Shown: piece by piece, positions 1 through 15,678 of the stretch
Position numbering within the stretch: position 1 is the first letter of the stretch
Layout: every line of letters starts with the position of its first letter
NCBI GenBank assembly: GCA_964016885.1
Contig: OZ024746.1
Coordinates: 7,192,001 to 7,256,000, forward strand
Origin: Eledone cirrhosa
Taxonomy: Eukaryota
Length of the DNA: 64,000 nt
Direction: 5' to 3'
Program-made: the position numbers and the translations under genes
Notes under the pieces: model-generated
Databases searched by the model: none
The model's input: only the letters and a program-made list of their open reading frames with translations
What the model was told of the DNA's origin: nothing

Positions 1-2060
<2,060 letters not shown>

Positions 2061-3677
2061 TCAGAGACGAGTGGAAAAAAAGTTTTGAAACTTCCCTCAC
2101 AATCTCAAAATCAAAACTAATCTACATTGAGGATGTTCAAATACTGAAAAGTAAGAGAAATTTTCCGGTTTTAGTTCATCCCAATTTTGGGGGTGACGTG
2201 GGGGCTTAGATAAAGCAATGGAACCGGATCTAAAAACCCTTTTATTAACAAACAACTCCTTGTTTTACGAAACTGCTTTAAATAATCTAAAAGGCTTCAA
2301 TCATAGTTTGTAAGGATCTTTGTCTCAAACGTCAATTTAGTGATGGGGAAAGTTAATTTTAATAGTAAATCCTTTCATATTCTTGAGTTTCAAAATGATT
2401 TGAAAATCATAAGATAGTATCTTGAAAATAAAGCAGAACATATGAGGGTTCTTACCATTACCCATTTTCATTAGAAATATGATTAGTCTGATGTATCCTA
2501 ACAGGCCGATACAGCAACCTAGTCTTTATAAACTTTATATAATTACAGGAAATAATTATCTCATAGCTATTGTCTATACTAAAGCGGTTTATCTAAATTG
2601 CTTAGCTGTGCATGCGCTGACAACGTGGATTAATTAATAATGCAATATTTTAATATTTTTAATAAATATAATATAAATGGCTATAAGCTACTAATCTCTG
2701 AAAAGAAGCTGGATTACTCTTAAATAAGGCAGAAAATAGATCGATCCCTTTTTTCCTGCCCACGTAGAGATTGTATGTTTATTTGTACACCTTACATCTC
2801 TCTCTCTCTCTAATTGATAAAATGCTAAATTTTAATATAGTATTAATTTTTCTCCTGTTTGTCAAACTCAACATCTGTTTGTGCGTGTAAATGTATATGT
2901 GTGTTTGTATATACACACATACATATATATATAAGCCGTATGTTTGTTTTAAAGTCCTAAATACCCCACGCCCCCACATATGTCCCACGGTGGAACTGTC
3001 TGTGAAATACTGCAAATCTACAAATATTGTTTAAACTACAGGCCAGCTTTAATTAGATCTAATCAAGTTTTCCAGATGTGATTGATCAGTTCGTTAGTTT
3101 ATTTCATCGACAGTCTTGAACTATAATAGAATATGGTCACTCCCTCATTTAACTATTACTTCTAGCAGGTTGAACAATCATGTCGAAGCTCGTCTCGTTC
3201 CCCCTGTTGTATGTATGTTCTGAACAGCTGGGTGGAATAGAGAGGATCACAACTTACTTTGCTAATCAATCGAAATAAGATCAATTATTTCGTACTGATT
3301 TTTTATTTATCTTTTTTTCTTTTTAAAACAATATTTTCTTCTGTCTTACTGCCCCCCCCCCCTCACTCACATCGCACTGTCGCACGCATAGTGTCACACG
3401 CATACACACACACACACACACTCACTCACACACACTGTCACTCCCCATCTTTCTTCGTTGTATGAAATGTAACATTATTCCCCCCACTACCTATTTAACT
3501 GTTGTGATGGTAAACTGTCTGAGACCTCTCATTCTACAATAAAGCTGTTTATTTCAAACCTTCCATCATAATATTGTGAAAGAACCATTAAGTTAGGTTC
3601 CTTACTGATTGATAATGAAAAATTAAGTTACATTATTAAATCCCTCCAAATTCTTGATTTCAGAATTAATTAAAAAT

Positions 3678-3815
3678 CATAGACAGTCTCTTTCATTAGA
3701 AATATAGTAATGAAAGGGTTAATGACATAGACAGTGTCTTTCATTAGAAATATAGTAATGAAAGGGTTAATGACATAGTGTCTTTCATTAGAAATATGGT
3801 AATGAAAGGGTTAAT
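3678..3815. repeat. About 3 tandem copies of a MITE right-end segment
   Basis: Repeated TCTTTCATTAGAAATATAGTAATGAAAGGGTTAA, matching the AAAGGGTTAA terminus of the MITE at 54397-54626. Confidence 0.7.
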
Positions 3816-4027
3816 ATTGTAAGTAATACTGTTTATTATAGGACGGTGGTGTCGGACTAAATACTGTCTCTCTTAGTTACGTCCCTTTAAAATCTCGACT
3901 GTTTAACTTTGCTTTTCATCCCTTCCGAAGTCAATAAAATAAAATACTGGGTCAGTTCAATCGTCTAACCCGACCCCCAAATGTGTGCCCTTTGTCAGAG
4001 AGGGGGGACGAAAATCTCATCCTATTC

Positions 4028-4176
4028 ATAGTATGGGCAATATTTTTATGAGCAGTGGGCCGCATAAGACGTGGTTCATTATATGGCGGACAGCACTACT
4101 AAAAACAGTTTAAGCCAATTTTGAAATTAGGCGTATCATTTCGAAAGCCAAACGGGCCTCTGTTTGCCGATGACTG
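4028..4176. mobile_element. hAT/Charlie-like MITE remnant
   Basis: Degenerate termini (..ATGGGCAA / TTTGCCGATGACTG) with subterminal GGGCCGCA / CGGGCC motifs typical of Charlie MITEs. Confidence 0.4.
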
Positions 4177-5318
4177 CTTTAGATTTTAGGGGTTTTTTTT
4201 TATTCTGTTGACTGAGAGCAGAGCATGCAAAATAAATCCGGTGAATAAGACGAGATATTTTTTCTCCCAAGTTCTATTGCCAATGACACCCGTAAAAAAA
4301 ATGTTCCTTTATCTTTCTTTATTGTTGTTGTGGTTAAAGGTGGTGTATTTAGCAGGATAGTTAGCACGTCTATCAGATCACCTCTGGGTATTTGTTCGGG
4401 TTCTTTACCTTCCTGAGTTCAAATCCCACCCGAGGTCAACTTTTCCTTTCATCCTTCTGAGGTCAATAAACAGAATGCCAGTGAAGTACTCTGGTCTGAT
4501 ATAAACGATTTTCCCCTTGTGTTTATGATAATTATACTGACGAGGTCTTTGCGTTTCATCCCATTCCTATGTGAGAAATATGATGATGATATATTTCTTA
4601 GATCTATAATAGAACATTTTGTACAATGTCCTACATCTAGTGTTTAATGTGAACATAAAACTGATCTATTAATTTAATTTAAAGCGTGTAATTTTATGAA
4701 TGAAAAGCGTTTGTAGCAGGGAAAAAACGTTTTTCTTTCAGTTCGATTACACTAGCAATACAGATCAATTGGAAATGTTTTTTATTTTTATTTTCTTGGC
4801 AAAATTCCCCTCTCAGTGTATTACCATCTCACTTTATCGATAACATTTATTACAAATACACAAACGAGTAATTTGTTTTATTTAATAGTATTTCATGTTA
4901 ATCTATATTTCTGAAATAAACATTCATTTTATTAAAGAAATCATTATTCCCTTTACGTTCTGAGTTCAAATCCCACCGAGGTCAGCTTTACCTTTCATCC
5001 TTATGGGGTCGATGAAATAAAGTACCAGTAACGCACTGGGGTCGATATAATTGACTTTCTCCCCAACCAATATGAAGGGTTGCACTCTTAAAAGAATTAA
5101 GATTATTTCGTTGTTGGCAATGACGTAGATGATGTTTTTAAAATGGTAGGCGGGGTGTCAGTTTGTTTACCTAGGTTTTACCAACTGTTTTTATTACTCT
5201 TTTATCATTTGAAAGATTTTCTTTTATCTAGATTACTGTTTTATATGTGTGAATGTGTTTAGATTTTCTCAAATGTTTGCTACCCCGCTCCCTCCCCCGA
5301 TCTCTCTTTCTCTCTCTC

Positions 5319-5350
<32 letters not shown>

Positions 5351-5395
5351 CATGATGACCCTGTGGTAAACAGGCGAAACTCCAGAGTAACATGA
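5351..5395 (+). ncRNA. Degenerate type-I hammerhead ribozyme (Penelope-like pLTR remnant)
   Basis: ATGATGA core (C3 lost), stem II CCTG/CAGG, GAAA, stem III ACTC-CA-GAGT, GUA site; followed by AATAAA and (AT)n. Confidence 0.55.
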
Positions 5396-5627
5396 CTCAC
5401 TGCTTAGCCATAATAAAATGCGTATGTGTAAATATATATATATATATATATATATATAATGTGTGTGTGTATATATACATACAAACACAAGGCAATGTCC
5501 CGGCAGGGTCAGTCTAACTGAAATGAGTAAAAAAAAATACACGCCTGCACATGCACACACATATGTGTGTGTGTCTATTATTGATTATATATATATATAT
5601 ATATGTGAGCAGAGCATAAATTTAATG

Positions 5628-5794
5628 AATGCCAAGAGATATTTTCGTTTTTTTTTTATTTCGATCTCTGTTATAAACGGTATTCGCATTCGTTTGAAAG
5701 CTACGTCTTGAAAGCTGCTTTATTATATAACTACGAATGCGAATACCGTTTATAACAGAGATCGAAATTAAAAAAAACGAAAATATCTCTTGGC

Positions 5795-5797
<3 letters not shown>
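5628..5797. repeat. Near-perfect inverted repeat, about 65-bp arms with a 39-bp spacer
   Basis: 5628-5693 is the reverse complement of 5733-5797; lies between (AT)n tracts. Confidence 0.9.
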
Positions 5798-5865
<68 letters not shown>

Positions 5866-5903
5866 TAAAAATAACCAGGATTAAATTACATTAAATTATA
5901 TTT

Positions 5904-5970
5904 GATTTACGAACGTTTCTATCAATACAGTAAGAACATATATTTCTACTGTATTGATTTCTTCAGAATC
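5904..5970 (-). ncRNA. Type-I hammerhead ribozyme with intact core
   Basis: Minus strand: GATT-CTGAAGA-[12-bp stem II ATCAATACAGTA/TACTGTATTGAT]-GAAA-CGTTCG-TA-AATC; predicted GUA cleavage between 5908 and 5907. Confidence 0.8.
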
Positions 5971-8480
5971 TATTAAACATTTATTTAACAACCATATCCG
6001 AACCCAAAACGTAAACTATACACACACACACACACACATATGTATATGTATACGTATGTGCATATGTATACGTACGTATGTATATATAGTGTGCTTGTGT
6101 ATATAATTATGTATATATGACATCCACTCAGTAGTTATAATATATTCATGATGCTATATACCTCATATATGCACCAGAAATATATCGAATCAATGAGGAC
6201 ATCTGAACCTAGTCGTTCGCTCTGCTAGAAATAGCTGCCAAATTCCACCCAAACTGCCCACCTCTCACCCTTTTAAAGGGAACATGTTGGATAGTGTTGT
6301 TGTCGTTCCCTTCCACATGGGGTGGGAGACGTGATGGTCACTGTTGGCATGCTTTTTATCATAGGTTTGTCTGACAATGTCTATGGCTGGAGCTAAATAA
6401 CAGCTGGGAATATTACTCTATTACGTGTTCCAGCCGACAGGATGAGGCCATGCTGGGGCATCGCCATTATACAGCTTTTATTATTTAAATTTTTTTCTCA
6501 TATATGGATTATTTATATATAGTATAGTATAATACTTAGTTGTAAAAGCTGGGTGTATATTAGCAACTAAAACATGATTGCGTATATTGATTTGTATATG
6601 AGGAATTGTAAGAATATATAAGCTGTTATTTACCCCCTCCACATACTCAATCGTATGGCCGAAGGCATTCCTGTCGTGACCATTCCATCTTTTTAGACAT
6701 AGTTCATCCAACAGGACATTATACAATGTGTCCTTACTTTTTAAAAAAATGTAGAACGGTTGAGTGTGTGGTTTGAGGTAGATTTGCTTGTGTTTAGCAT
6801 GTCAAATGAACACAGAGGTCTCCTCGTATGAGGAGAAGCATGAATACCACAGCTCCGCTTTATTTCCCTATAACGCTGAAACGTCGTTCGTATTATTAAA
6901 AGAAAAAAAACTATTTATCAGAACAGAACTATATAACGATTGCAGTGAAAAATATAGATTTTAATATAAACCCTACATTTACAAGACTGAACAAGATTTC
7001 ACAGGCACGCTCTCTCACCTACGACTGACCCGTCCATGGCTTACATACTGTAACACCGAACTGAATTAGTAAAGTTAGTTTAATATAGGACATGGAGTTA
7101 GAGCTCTGATTGCACACACCCGTGCAAACAATTATTTAAAAACCGCCTACATATACACACACACACACACACGTACACACAGACGTACACACAGACACAC
7201 ACACACACACGTACACACACACACACGTACACACAGACACATATATATATTGTGGCTCTGCTTCATCACTGATTTGGTCTATATGGACTCGTCTAAACCA
7301 AACAGGGAAAGCGGATGTTAAAACGATGATGATGATAACACACACACACATCACGTACATATTCGGACTAACGGAGAGCCTCGACGCTAGAAATAGCAGC
7401 TAAGTCTTCTATTCATACCACACCTTCCGCCTTAGGAAATGAGGACACATTGAATAATACATTCCTAGATATAGTGTGGTGGTTTGTAAACGCAGGAAAA
7501 GTCCCGATTAGAAAGCTTAGATCATAGGTTTTCTTTATCAGTGACTTGGGTTTCAACAACAATAACCACCTACACACATGGATACAAACATGTACACACA
7601 CACACACACATATATATATACACATGGATACAGACATGTACACACAGGATGTGGACATTTTCTTACAAACAATCAAAAATGCTAACACATACACATGAAA
7701 ATGAATTTGCTCATGCTTGTATGTATATACACACACACACACACACATACACATATATATGTTTATATATATATACACACACACACAGATAAATACGTGA
7801 GTATTACGAAAGAAGAGTGGGGGAGTTGTTTTTCTACAAAGTGGCAATGTTAGCGACTGCTGTGCTTTTGACGTGTCGACAGCTGACTGAAATGGAACAT
7901 CTCAGACAGGAAGTGAGAGTGAAAATTGTTTTACTGAGTGGCCACCAGGGGTCAGCTAACTCAGTTTCCTCAAAATATATATAGAAATACTGTTTTATGG
8001 ACAGGGTTAGGGTAGTAAATTTGCCTTTCATACATTCGAGGTCGATAAAAAGTACCCTCAAGTACTAGGGTCGATTCTTCCTCTAAATCTCTTCTTCACT
8101 TCTATTTCTCTCTATCCTTCTCTGTAATCAGTCCTGGAGAAGAGATGCCCTCAGCCAGGTTTTTAAAAGATGTCCTAGTAATGCCATATCTCAGTCAATA
8201 AGGCATCCCTATCACTCCCTCAAGAATTATGGGCCAAAACAGTAAATTTAATGCAGATCAGCTTTGATTAAATAGATGATCGTGACGATCATCCATCTTT
8301 GTGTATATCTAAAACAGGAGAAAATGTGTGTGTGTTAAGTATTTCTATAGAAAAGGTAAAGGAAAGAAGTGCTCTAAAGCCGTCGAGGTTAACTTTGCCT
8401 TTCATCCTTACGGGGTCGATAAAATAAAGTACCAGTAATACACTGATTAATTGCTGGCCTTGTGCCAAAAGTAGAAACAA

Positions 8481-8556
8481 TTATTTCATCTGATGAACGG
8501 GCTGGACGTTTCTGTAAGGATCGTCTAGTTTCTTGAAACCTTTGGTAATGGAATAA
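8481..8556 (+). ncRNA. Type-I hammerhead ribozyme with intact core
   Basis: TTATTTCAT-CTGATGA-[stem II GGGCTGGACG/CGTCTAGTTT]-GAAA-CC-TTT-GG-TA-ATGGAATAA; 9-bp stem I with one G-U pair; GUA cleavage after 8547. Confidence 0.8.
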
Positions 8557-8841
8557 TTATATTGTGTTGTTTATATGTAATTATATATATATTAAAGCAG
8601 TAGGACTATTTAAGAGATTAGCTGCTATTTCTAGCAAATCTAGCTATCATGTACGTGTGCCGTTGCTTAAGCAGGTTAGATAGGACTTATATTTTTTAAA
8701 TGTATATATAGCTGTACTTACATTAAATTTTGCAAAACTATTATAAATATAATTATATAACTATTAATTGTGGTGTTTAAATGAAATGACAATTTTTTCT
8801 CACTCAAAATTGTTGATCTCCACCGTTTATCACACGCACGC

Positions 8842-8893
<52 letters not shown>

Positions 8894-9196
8894 CGACGCA
8901 TTGGCAGTGTTATTTTTTATGGTGCAGAATAAATAAACCTAAAGATCTCAGCTGCCAACATGACGTGTAAATTAAATTAAACTTAACATGATTTTTTTTT
9001 GTGTGTGCCTCTTCTTTTTCTAGTGTAAGACCAGAAAAAAGAGGTAGGAAAAATCGATAGTCATTGAGGAGGTCACAGACTAGTGTGATGGAAGAATAAA
9101 GATAAAGTGAAAGTTATATAGTGTGTGTGTTCAATTGGCAAAATGACCATCCCCAAATATAACAATATTGGTTTCAACACACAATTTCAAATCAAG

Positions 9197-9245
<49 letters not shown>

Positions 9246-12200
9246 TTGTGTGTGTGTGAAAAGTTAGTGATGAGTAGTTGGTGCAGTTGATCTGTCTGCC
9301 TACACAGACATTGTATCTAAAGTCAGCTGTTTATGACTATCCAGCGTAGTGTGGTTAAACAGTTTCATAACCAAGTGATTCTGGCTTTAGTCACATGTTT
9401 TCTAGCCTAGGCAAGTGTTTTCTGCTAGAGCCTCAGGTTGATCAATACCTTCACCATTTAATGTCCATTTGAGCATGAGTTAGATGAGTTTTCCTGTTGT
9501 GTCAGGAAAATAAGTACTGGGGTTGATTGACTAAATAATGTTGGTGCCCCAGCAAACTGAAGTCGACTGAAACTAATAAAATGTGAAGTGTTGGCTGAAA
9601 TCTAGATTGTACTGAAACAAAACTACACTGGTAGACATGTATAAAGTAGTAAAAACTACACTGGTAGAGACATGTATAAAGTAGTAAAAACTACACTGGT
9701 AGAGACATGTATAAAGTAGTGAAAGTGAATGGTATCTGTAGGAGAGGGAGACGTTGGGAAACAGTGATAAGGAATGATCTGAAGGACATGACAAAGATCT
9801 CTAGTAAGACACAGCCATGAAAACATGGCATTAAAATAATAGGGTGGAATGTAATATTGTATCACCATTATGATCCTGTGATGTCTCTCATCATATCACT
9901 CTCTCTCCTAGTCACTCTACAATGTCATCTGTGTAACAAGAGATGACATTAAATCTACTTGCATTCAACTCTTCCATCAATCTTTGTCACTCTACTTTTC
10001 CTCCACCATGACACCATGGAATGGCATCAGATCTGTCTTTACAATACCCCCTACCATCACACTTCTTTATTGTTAGTTCTCTCCTCAATTACATCTACCA
10101 CCCATTCATCTTATCCCCCCCCATCACTCACCTCTCACCATCACTCACCTCTCACCATCACTCACCTCTCACCATCACCCTCCTCTCACCATCATCATAT
10201 AAATGTTTATTGCTCTGCTTCACTCCATCACATTACTTCACTGTCATGCCTCACTCCAGTGTTGTTACCATTCTTTAGATACAACTAGAGAATCATTTCT
10301 AAATCCTCTTCCAGTACCAACTATCTCACATATGCTATTAACAACTGTATATACAACAGCAATAAGTGTTTTAAGGCTGTTTCCTGCTAAAGCAAGGGTT
10401 TGTCCCATTAGTTTATTAAAGTGCTTTCCTGCTAAAGCATACACCCTTCAGTTTCACCAACAACCTCCTAATTATTAGCACACCACACTCAATTCCCATA
10501 ACTTCTTCCATGCTCGTCTCATAAGACTTATTGTCTTTGTATATCTCTCTCACATTTACCTACAACCACGGTCTCCCTTATTTTACTATCTTGTCCCAAT
10601 CATTCTGTTATGTTTATCATACTCTCCCCTCCCCAGATTTTCTCCTCAGTGGCTGGTGCTGGAACAAATAGCACAGAGAACTTTCTGGAAGGTTGGTATT
10701 ATGAAAGATAAAACAGTTGTAGAAACCACGCCAAAAACAGAAGACTTGTGTAAGATAAGAGAACACTTATCCTGAATAAGAATTAGGTTGGAACATGACT
10801 TGTCTAAGGCAGAAACTCTCTACTTGTCATTTTTATTGTGATGCTTAATATCCTGAGATGAGATTCCATCTCTTTCTCCAATGTTCTGCTTCTTCTTGGA
10901 TGACAATGGCAGTTTCATGCTTTACACAACAATCAGCTTTCATATGAATCACATGTCTACACCAACACTTTCTCTCCTCTTGCATAACTACATCTCATTC
11001 CTTTGATACACAGTTGTGCTCTGTCATTTATCTTCCCTGACATTACACATCTAGCAGAGCATGTTCCCCTCTCTCCAACTTTAATATTCAAGGCACATGT
11101 TTTATTGCTATGCAATATCGCACTTCGTACTTAAGTATTATTGCTATGCAATATCGCACTTCGTACTCAAGTATTATATGATCTGCCCTTTACTCTTGAG
11201 AGAATTTGTTTGTTGCCAGCACAAGTGCACCCTGAACTTTTTCCACCCCATGCTAATTAGGTCATCTATATATGGAAACCTTTCGGCTATTTTAAAGAAT
11301 TTATTTCATGGGTTCTCTAACTGCTAATTACACTTACCTCTTTTGTGTACCTGCTTGTGATTCCACTACAATGTGTGCGCAGTCATACCTTAAATTGGGT
11401 ACACTTCCTACCTGTGGGTTTTCTACATAAAGAGCAAGGCTATTTCTCTGGGAGTAATTTTGTATTCTTTCTTGTTAACTGACATTTCATCTTTGTTAAA
11501 TTTACTTTTCACTTAAGTTCCTGCAACTGGTGCAGCCATGCTTTGGGGTGCCATCTCAACGTTTGACTGTGTATGTGTCCATCATGGCATTTCAGTGGGT
11601 CTTAGAAATACTTGACATTGCCCATGTCCTCTCCAAGTGTCCAATCTTTCACTGAGTTTAGCCTACTGGCAGATATGCTTTTAAAACTACATAATTCTAG
11701 ACTTTGCTTCTATTTTTTGAACTTAGCTCCCTCCTCTTGTGTGGTTCTCTAACAACTAAACTTTGATGGACACCTACATCATCATCATCATAATTTCCCG
11801 GCTAGCAAAGGTTGGGCAGATCTACATAGACCATGTCAGTACTGAAGTGGAGCTGCTGATCTCCCTAACAGGCCAGGTATGTGTTTCGGATATGTGCAGT
11901 TTCACACTGCATTGAGTGCTCAGGAGAGGTCATGCCTTTGACATACCTGAGGGTCCTCCCAACCCTTTGTTTGGTAAGATCTCAACGGCTGGATGCCCTT
12001 CCTATCACCAACCACTTTACAGTGTATACTGGGTGTGTTTATCATGTAAATCACCAATAATAGGGAGGCTGTCGTGTTTTTGTTAAATTCCTTACTGAAC
12101 TCATTACTTATTCTCATTTTGCTGACAACATCCATATACATGGTTTTTATGACCCTCACAAATGGATAAAAGTATATAGTCTGTATGTATGTGTGTGTAT

Positions 12201-12664
12201 ATATACATTCACATTTATATGCACCTAATGCACCTCAAATTGGTCGCTCAGCCTATTAGAAAGTGCAGTCAAATAACTTCCGATTCATGCCCTCATGTCT
12301 TAGAAAAAGACAAGCTGAATAATGTAGTTATCACTTCCATGCCCATTGAAAACAAGATGTTATGGTAACAACTGGAATAACTTACATTTGAGGTCTGTCT
12401 CAGTAGGACCAACCTTGACCTTAACACTTAGCTGTCTGAATAGGACTAACCTTGGCCTTAAAACAACACCCATCTGAATGTTGATTTAATTCTGCTCAAA
12501 TTGCTGACTCTAGTCACAGTTTTGACGATGTTTCTTATATTTACTCTTAAGTGATACCTAAATTATTAAAATGGAAATATGCTTGTATGTGCATGCACAT
12601 TATGTGTGTGTGTGTATGTATGTATGTATGTATGTATATATATATATATATAACAAAGGAATTG

Positions 12665-12725
12665 TAGTCCAGAAATAGCCGTCGAAACGGCTTGAGCTCT
12701 GCCGTCGGGGTCATACTTTTTCCTA
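12665..12725 (+). mobile_element. Truncated Penelope-like fragment with the 3' half of a hammerhead
   Basis: GAAA-CGGC-TTGAGCTCT-GCCG-TC-GGGG; same family as 52005-52065; flanked by (AT)n. Confidence 0.6.
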
Positions 12726-13269
12726 TATATATATATAATTGTTTCTACTTTTGGCACAAGGCCAGCAATTACCCAGTGCATTACTGGTACTTTATTTTAT
12801 CAACCCCATAAGGATGAAAGGCAAAGTAAACCTCGGCGGGATTTGAACTCAGAATGGCAAGGACCGTAACTCTTATAATATATATATAATATTGTTTAAG
12901 CTGAGGGTGGTAGATTGGCAGTATCAGTAGGGTATTGGACAACATGCTTTGCAGCAGGGTTACGTCTCTTTATGTTCTGATTCTAATTCTCGCCAAGATA
13001 AGCTTTACCTTCCATCTTTACGGGGTGGTTAAAATAAAGTACCAGTCACACCAGAGGTGTTTTGAACAGTGGAAAGATTGCTGGGCTAAGTGTGCAGAGG
13101 TACAAGGTGTGTACTTTGAAGGGTTTAACATTTGAGCTCCATCAAAGATGGTTACCTTTTCAACAGACCACCTGCAGTATATCTTTTTTTTTTTGTTACT
13201 TGTTCTAGCCTATGGGCTGTGGCCATGCTATGGCAACACCATCATTGCTACAGTTTCTATAACCATCTG

Positions 13270-13930
13270 TCTTTGGTTGGCCATTGATGTATGAGGGAGT
13301 TGATACCATCCTCTCATTTGCTTTTCTTGAAGCGATGTAGGTTCTTCAGTGATCTTAGCAGAATGATGGGATTCTTCTACATTCACCCCATGTAGATCTC
13401 AGGGGTTTGGTACTTGAACTCAAAGCTATTGTAGTTTCAGGTTCTTACTTAAGATGTGGAGGGTGGGACCTTTGCCACTATACAGTGAATCCCTGATCAG
13501 GGTATTTTTCAATGCCAAAGTTTGGTGCTAGCTCTACCAGGATCTTCCATATGTATATCACTGCATATCTCTCCTGTTTTCATTCTAGAGAGTAGAGTCT
13601 TGATATTTTGTTTCAGCGTCTCCCAGTAGCTCATCTCTTTCATTGAAATAATCTTCTTTGTAGCAGCATCATTAAATTGCTTCACGTTTCAGAGTTAGTT
13701 TGACAGTGGAGTGACCATAATTGAGAGCAATAGTCTCAATTGAGGACAAATGTCTCCCCACAGAATCAACATGGTTTCTTGGTATGTTGTCCTGAATGAC
13801 TTCAAAATCCATCTGGCCAGTCATCTGCATGTTGCTGTCATATTGGTAGTGTGTGCATGAAATGACACATAATTGCTCATATCGATCCCCAGTGATTTTA
13901 GCATGGATATTACAATTGACCCAGAGTATC
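13270..13930 (-). mobile_element. Degenerate CR1-like LINE 3' fragment
   Basis: Minus-strand reading gives remnants such as KKIISMKEMSYWE..YSLE and IWKIL, typical of CR1-clade ORF2 C-termini; many stops. Confidence 0.5.
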
Positions 13931-14479
13931 TTTGTTGCAGTGTTTATTAAGGAGTTGATAGAGGTACCACTCTCTAGAGAAAATGTAAAATTGATGATAG
14001 ATTAATTTTATTTATAATTATCTATAACTGCTATACAACATTTACAAGTTCTAATTTAGTACATAAAAAGAACATTTTCATACAGGCCTGTTTTTTTGTT
14101 TTTTTTATATTCTAGTTTACTGTCAAAAATGTCTTACAGCATTTTGTGTGTGTGTATTTTGTTTAGAATGGGTACACCGTATCCTTGTGTGTCGCAAGGA
14201 GTAAGTGATAGGGTTGGTGTCAGGAAGAGTTTCTGGCTCAAAAAGTTCCATCTAGCCTATGCCGGCATGGAAAGTCGACGTAAAAACGATGATATATGTA
14301 TGTATGTGTGTGTGTGTGTGTGTGTGAATCTAATACCTTTCGTAACTTGTATTCCTGTGTTGTTGTTTGACGATGGTATTTGAAGACAGATTTATGGTTT
14401 AAAAAAACGCTTATATAATAACAGAAAAAAAAACTGTATTCTTATAAAAATAACATAAAGCTAAATTATCAATTTAATA

Positions 14480-15612
14480 ATTTAATTCAATAAAACCACC
14501 ATAAGCATCAATAAATGCCTCTACACGGGGTTGGAATCATTCACAAGCTCGGATTAAGTGGTCCTTGTTCATATCGAACATGACTCATGGCGGCTTTCAA
14601 AGAATCTTTGGTGCTATGGGGGTGTTCATTGACATTTTTCTCAACGATGCTCCATACATAGTAGTCCAGTGGATTGACATCTGGAGAATTAGGAGGCCCA
14701 ATGTTGGGGGGTGATGATGTGATCATGCAAATTGTTGGCCATCCATTCTTGTCATTTGAGCCTTGTGTGATGGTGCAGAATCTTGTTGAAAGACATAAGG
14801 CCTTCCATTGCATACACTGTTGATCCAAGGCTTAACAACTTTATCCAGAACCTCAATATACACAGCAGCATTCACCCTAAGGCCTTGTGGAAAAAAGTGA
14901 GGAGGCATCACATGTCCTTCATTGCTAACAACACCCAAAACCATAACACTTGCAGGAAATTTTGTGCATTACTCTTGGAACCTCAGAAGGGTGTACACAT
15001 AGCCACCTGTCATTTCTTCTGTTAGTTTTCTGGTCCTGGTCAAAGTTTTTCTCATCTGAGACAAACCAAATCGCACCATCTTCTGATGGATTTTTAAGTT
15101 TGTTTAAAAGTCTTTTGGATCTGATTAAACAGTTTTCTTTTGTTTTTTCTGACATGAATTGACCTTTCCTCATCACGTAAGATTTGTATCTGATGTCTTC
15201 ATGCACAACATTTCTGATTGTTTTTCTGACACACCAAAATTTTTTGCAATTGACCTCATTGATTTTCCTAGATTGTCATCAATGTTTTGCTTAATTTCCT
15301 GAATAAATCCAGGTGTCCTGATAGAATCAGAGCGTTTAGAATGTTTTTGATACAGGTAATACGCTTCCATCTTCTTTCTCTAACTCACACCGAATCTTGT
15401 GGACAAAAGATCTTGCAACTTTCAGAAAACGAGAAATTTCTAAATCCCCATGCTAAGCCGTCAAAGCCACAATCACAGCATGCCTTTTCATTTCATTAGT
15501 AAGCATAGTTATTTTCATTGTTATTTTCTGAAATAGAAGTTCAATAAAAATTAATCAAATAAAATAATGACTAAAAATGCATGTGTCCTTAAATCTTAAA
15601 TACCGCCTGCAC
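14480..15612 (-). mobile_element. Tc1/mariner superfamily DD37D (maT-like) transposon relic, frameshifted
   Basis: Motifs FVSDEKNF, YVFQQDSAPSH and PPNSPDVNPLDYYVW split over several frames; about 37 residues between the 2nd and 3rd Asp after repairing frameshifts. Confidence 0.85.
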
Positions 15613-15645
15613 CGTGTGTGTGTGTGCGTGCGCGTGTATGCTTAC

Positions 15646-15678
<33 letters not shown>

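Noticed and set aside
3180-3278. MSKLVS.. ORF as the GGNBP2 first exon
   Set aside because: Lies in a dispersed repeat tail (GCTATTTCTAGCA family); no RQ.PL motif or suitable donor
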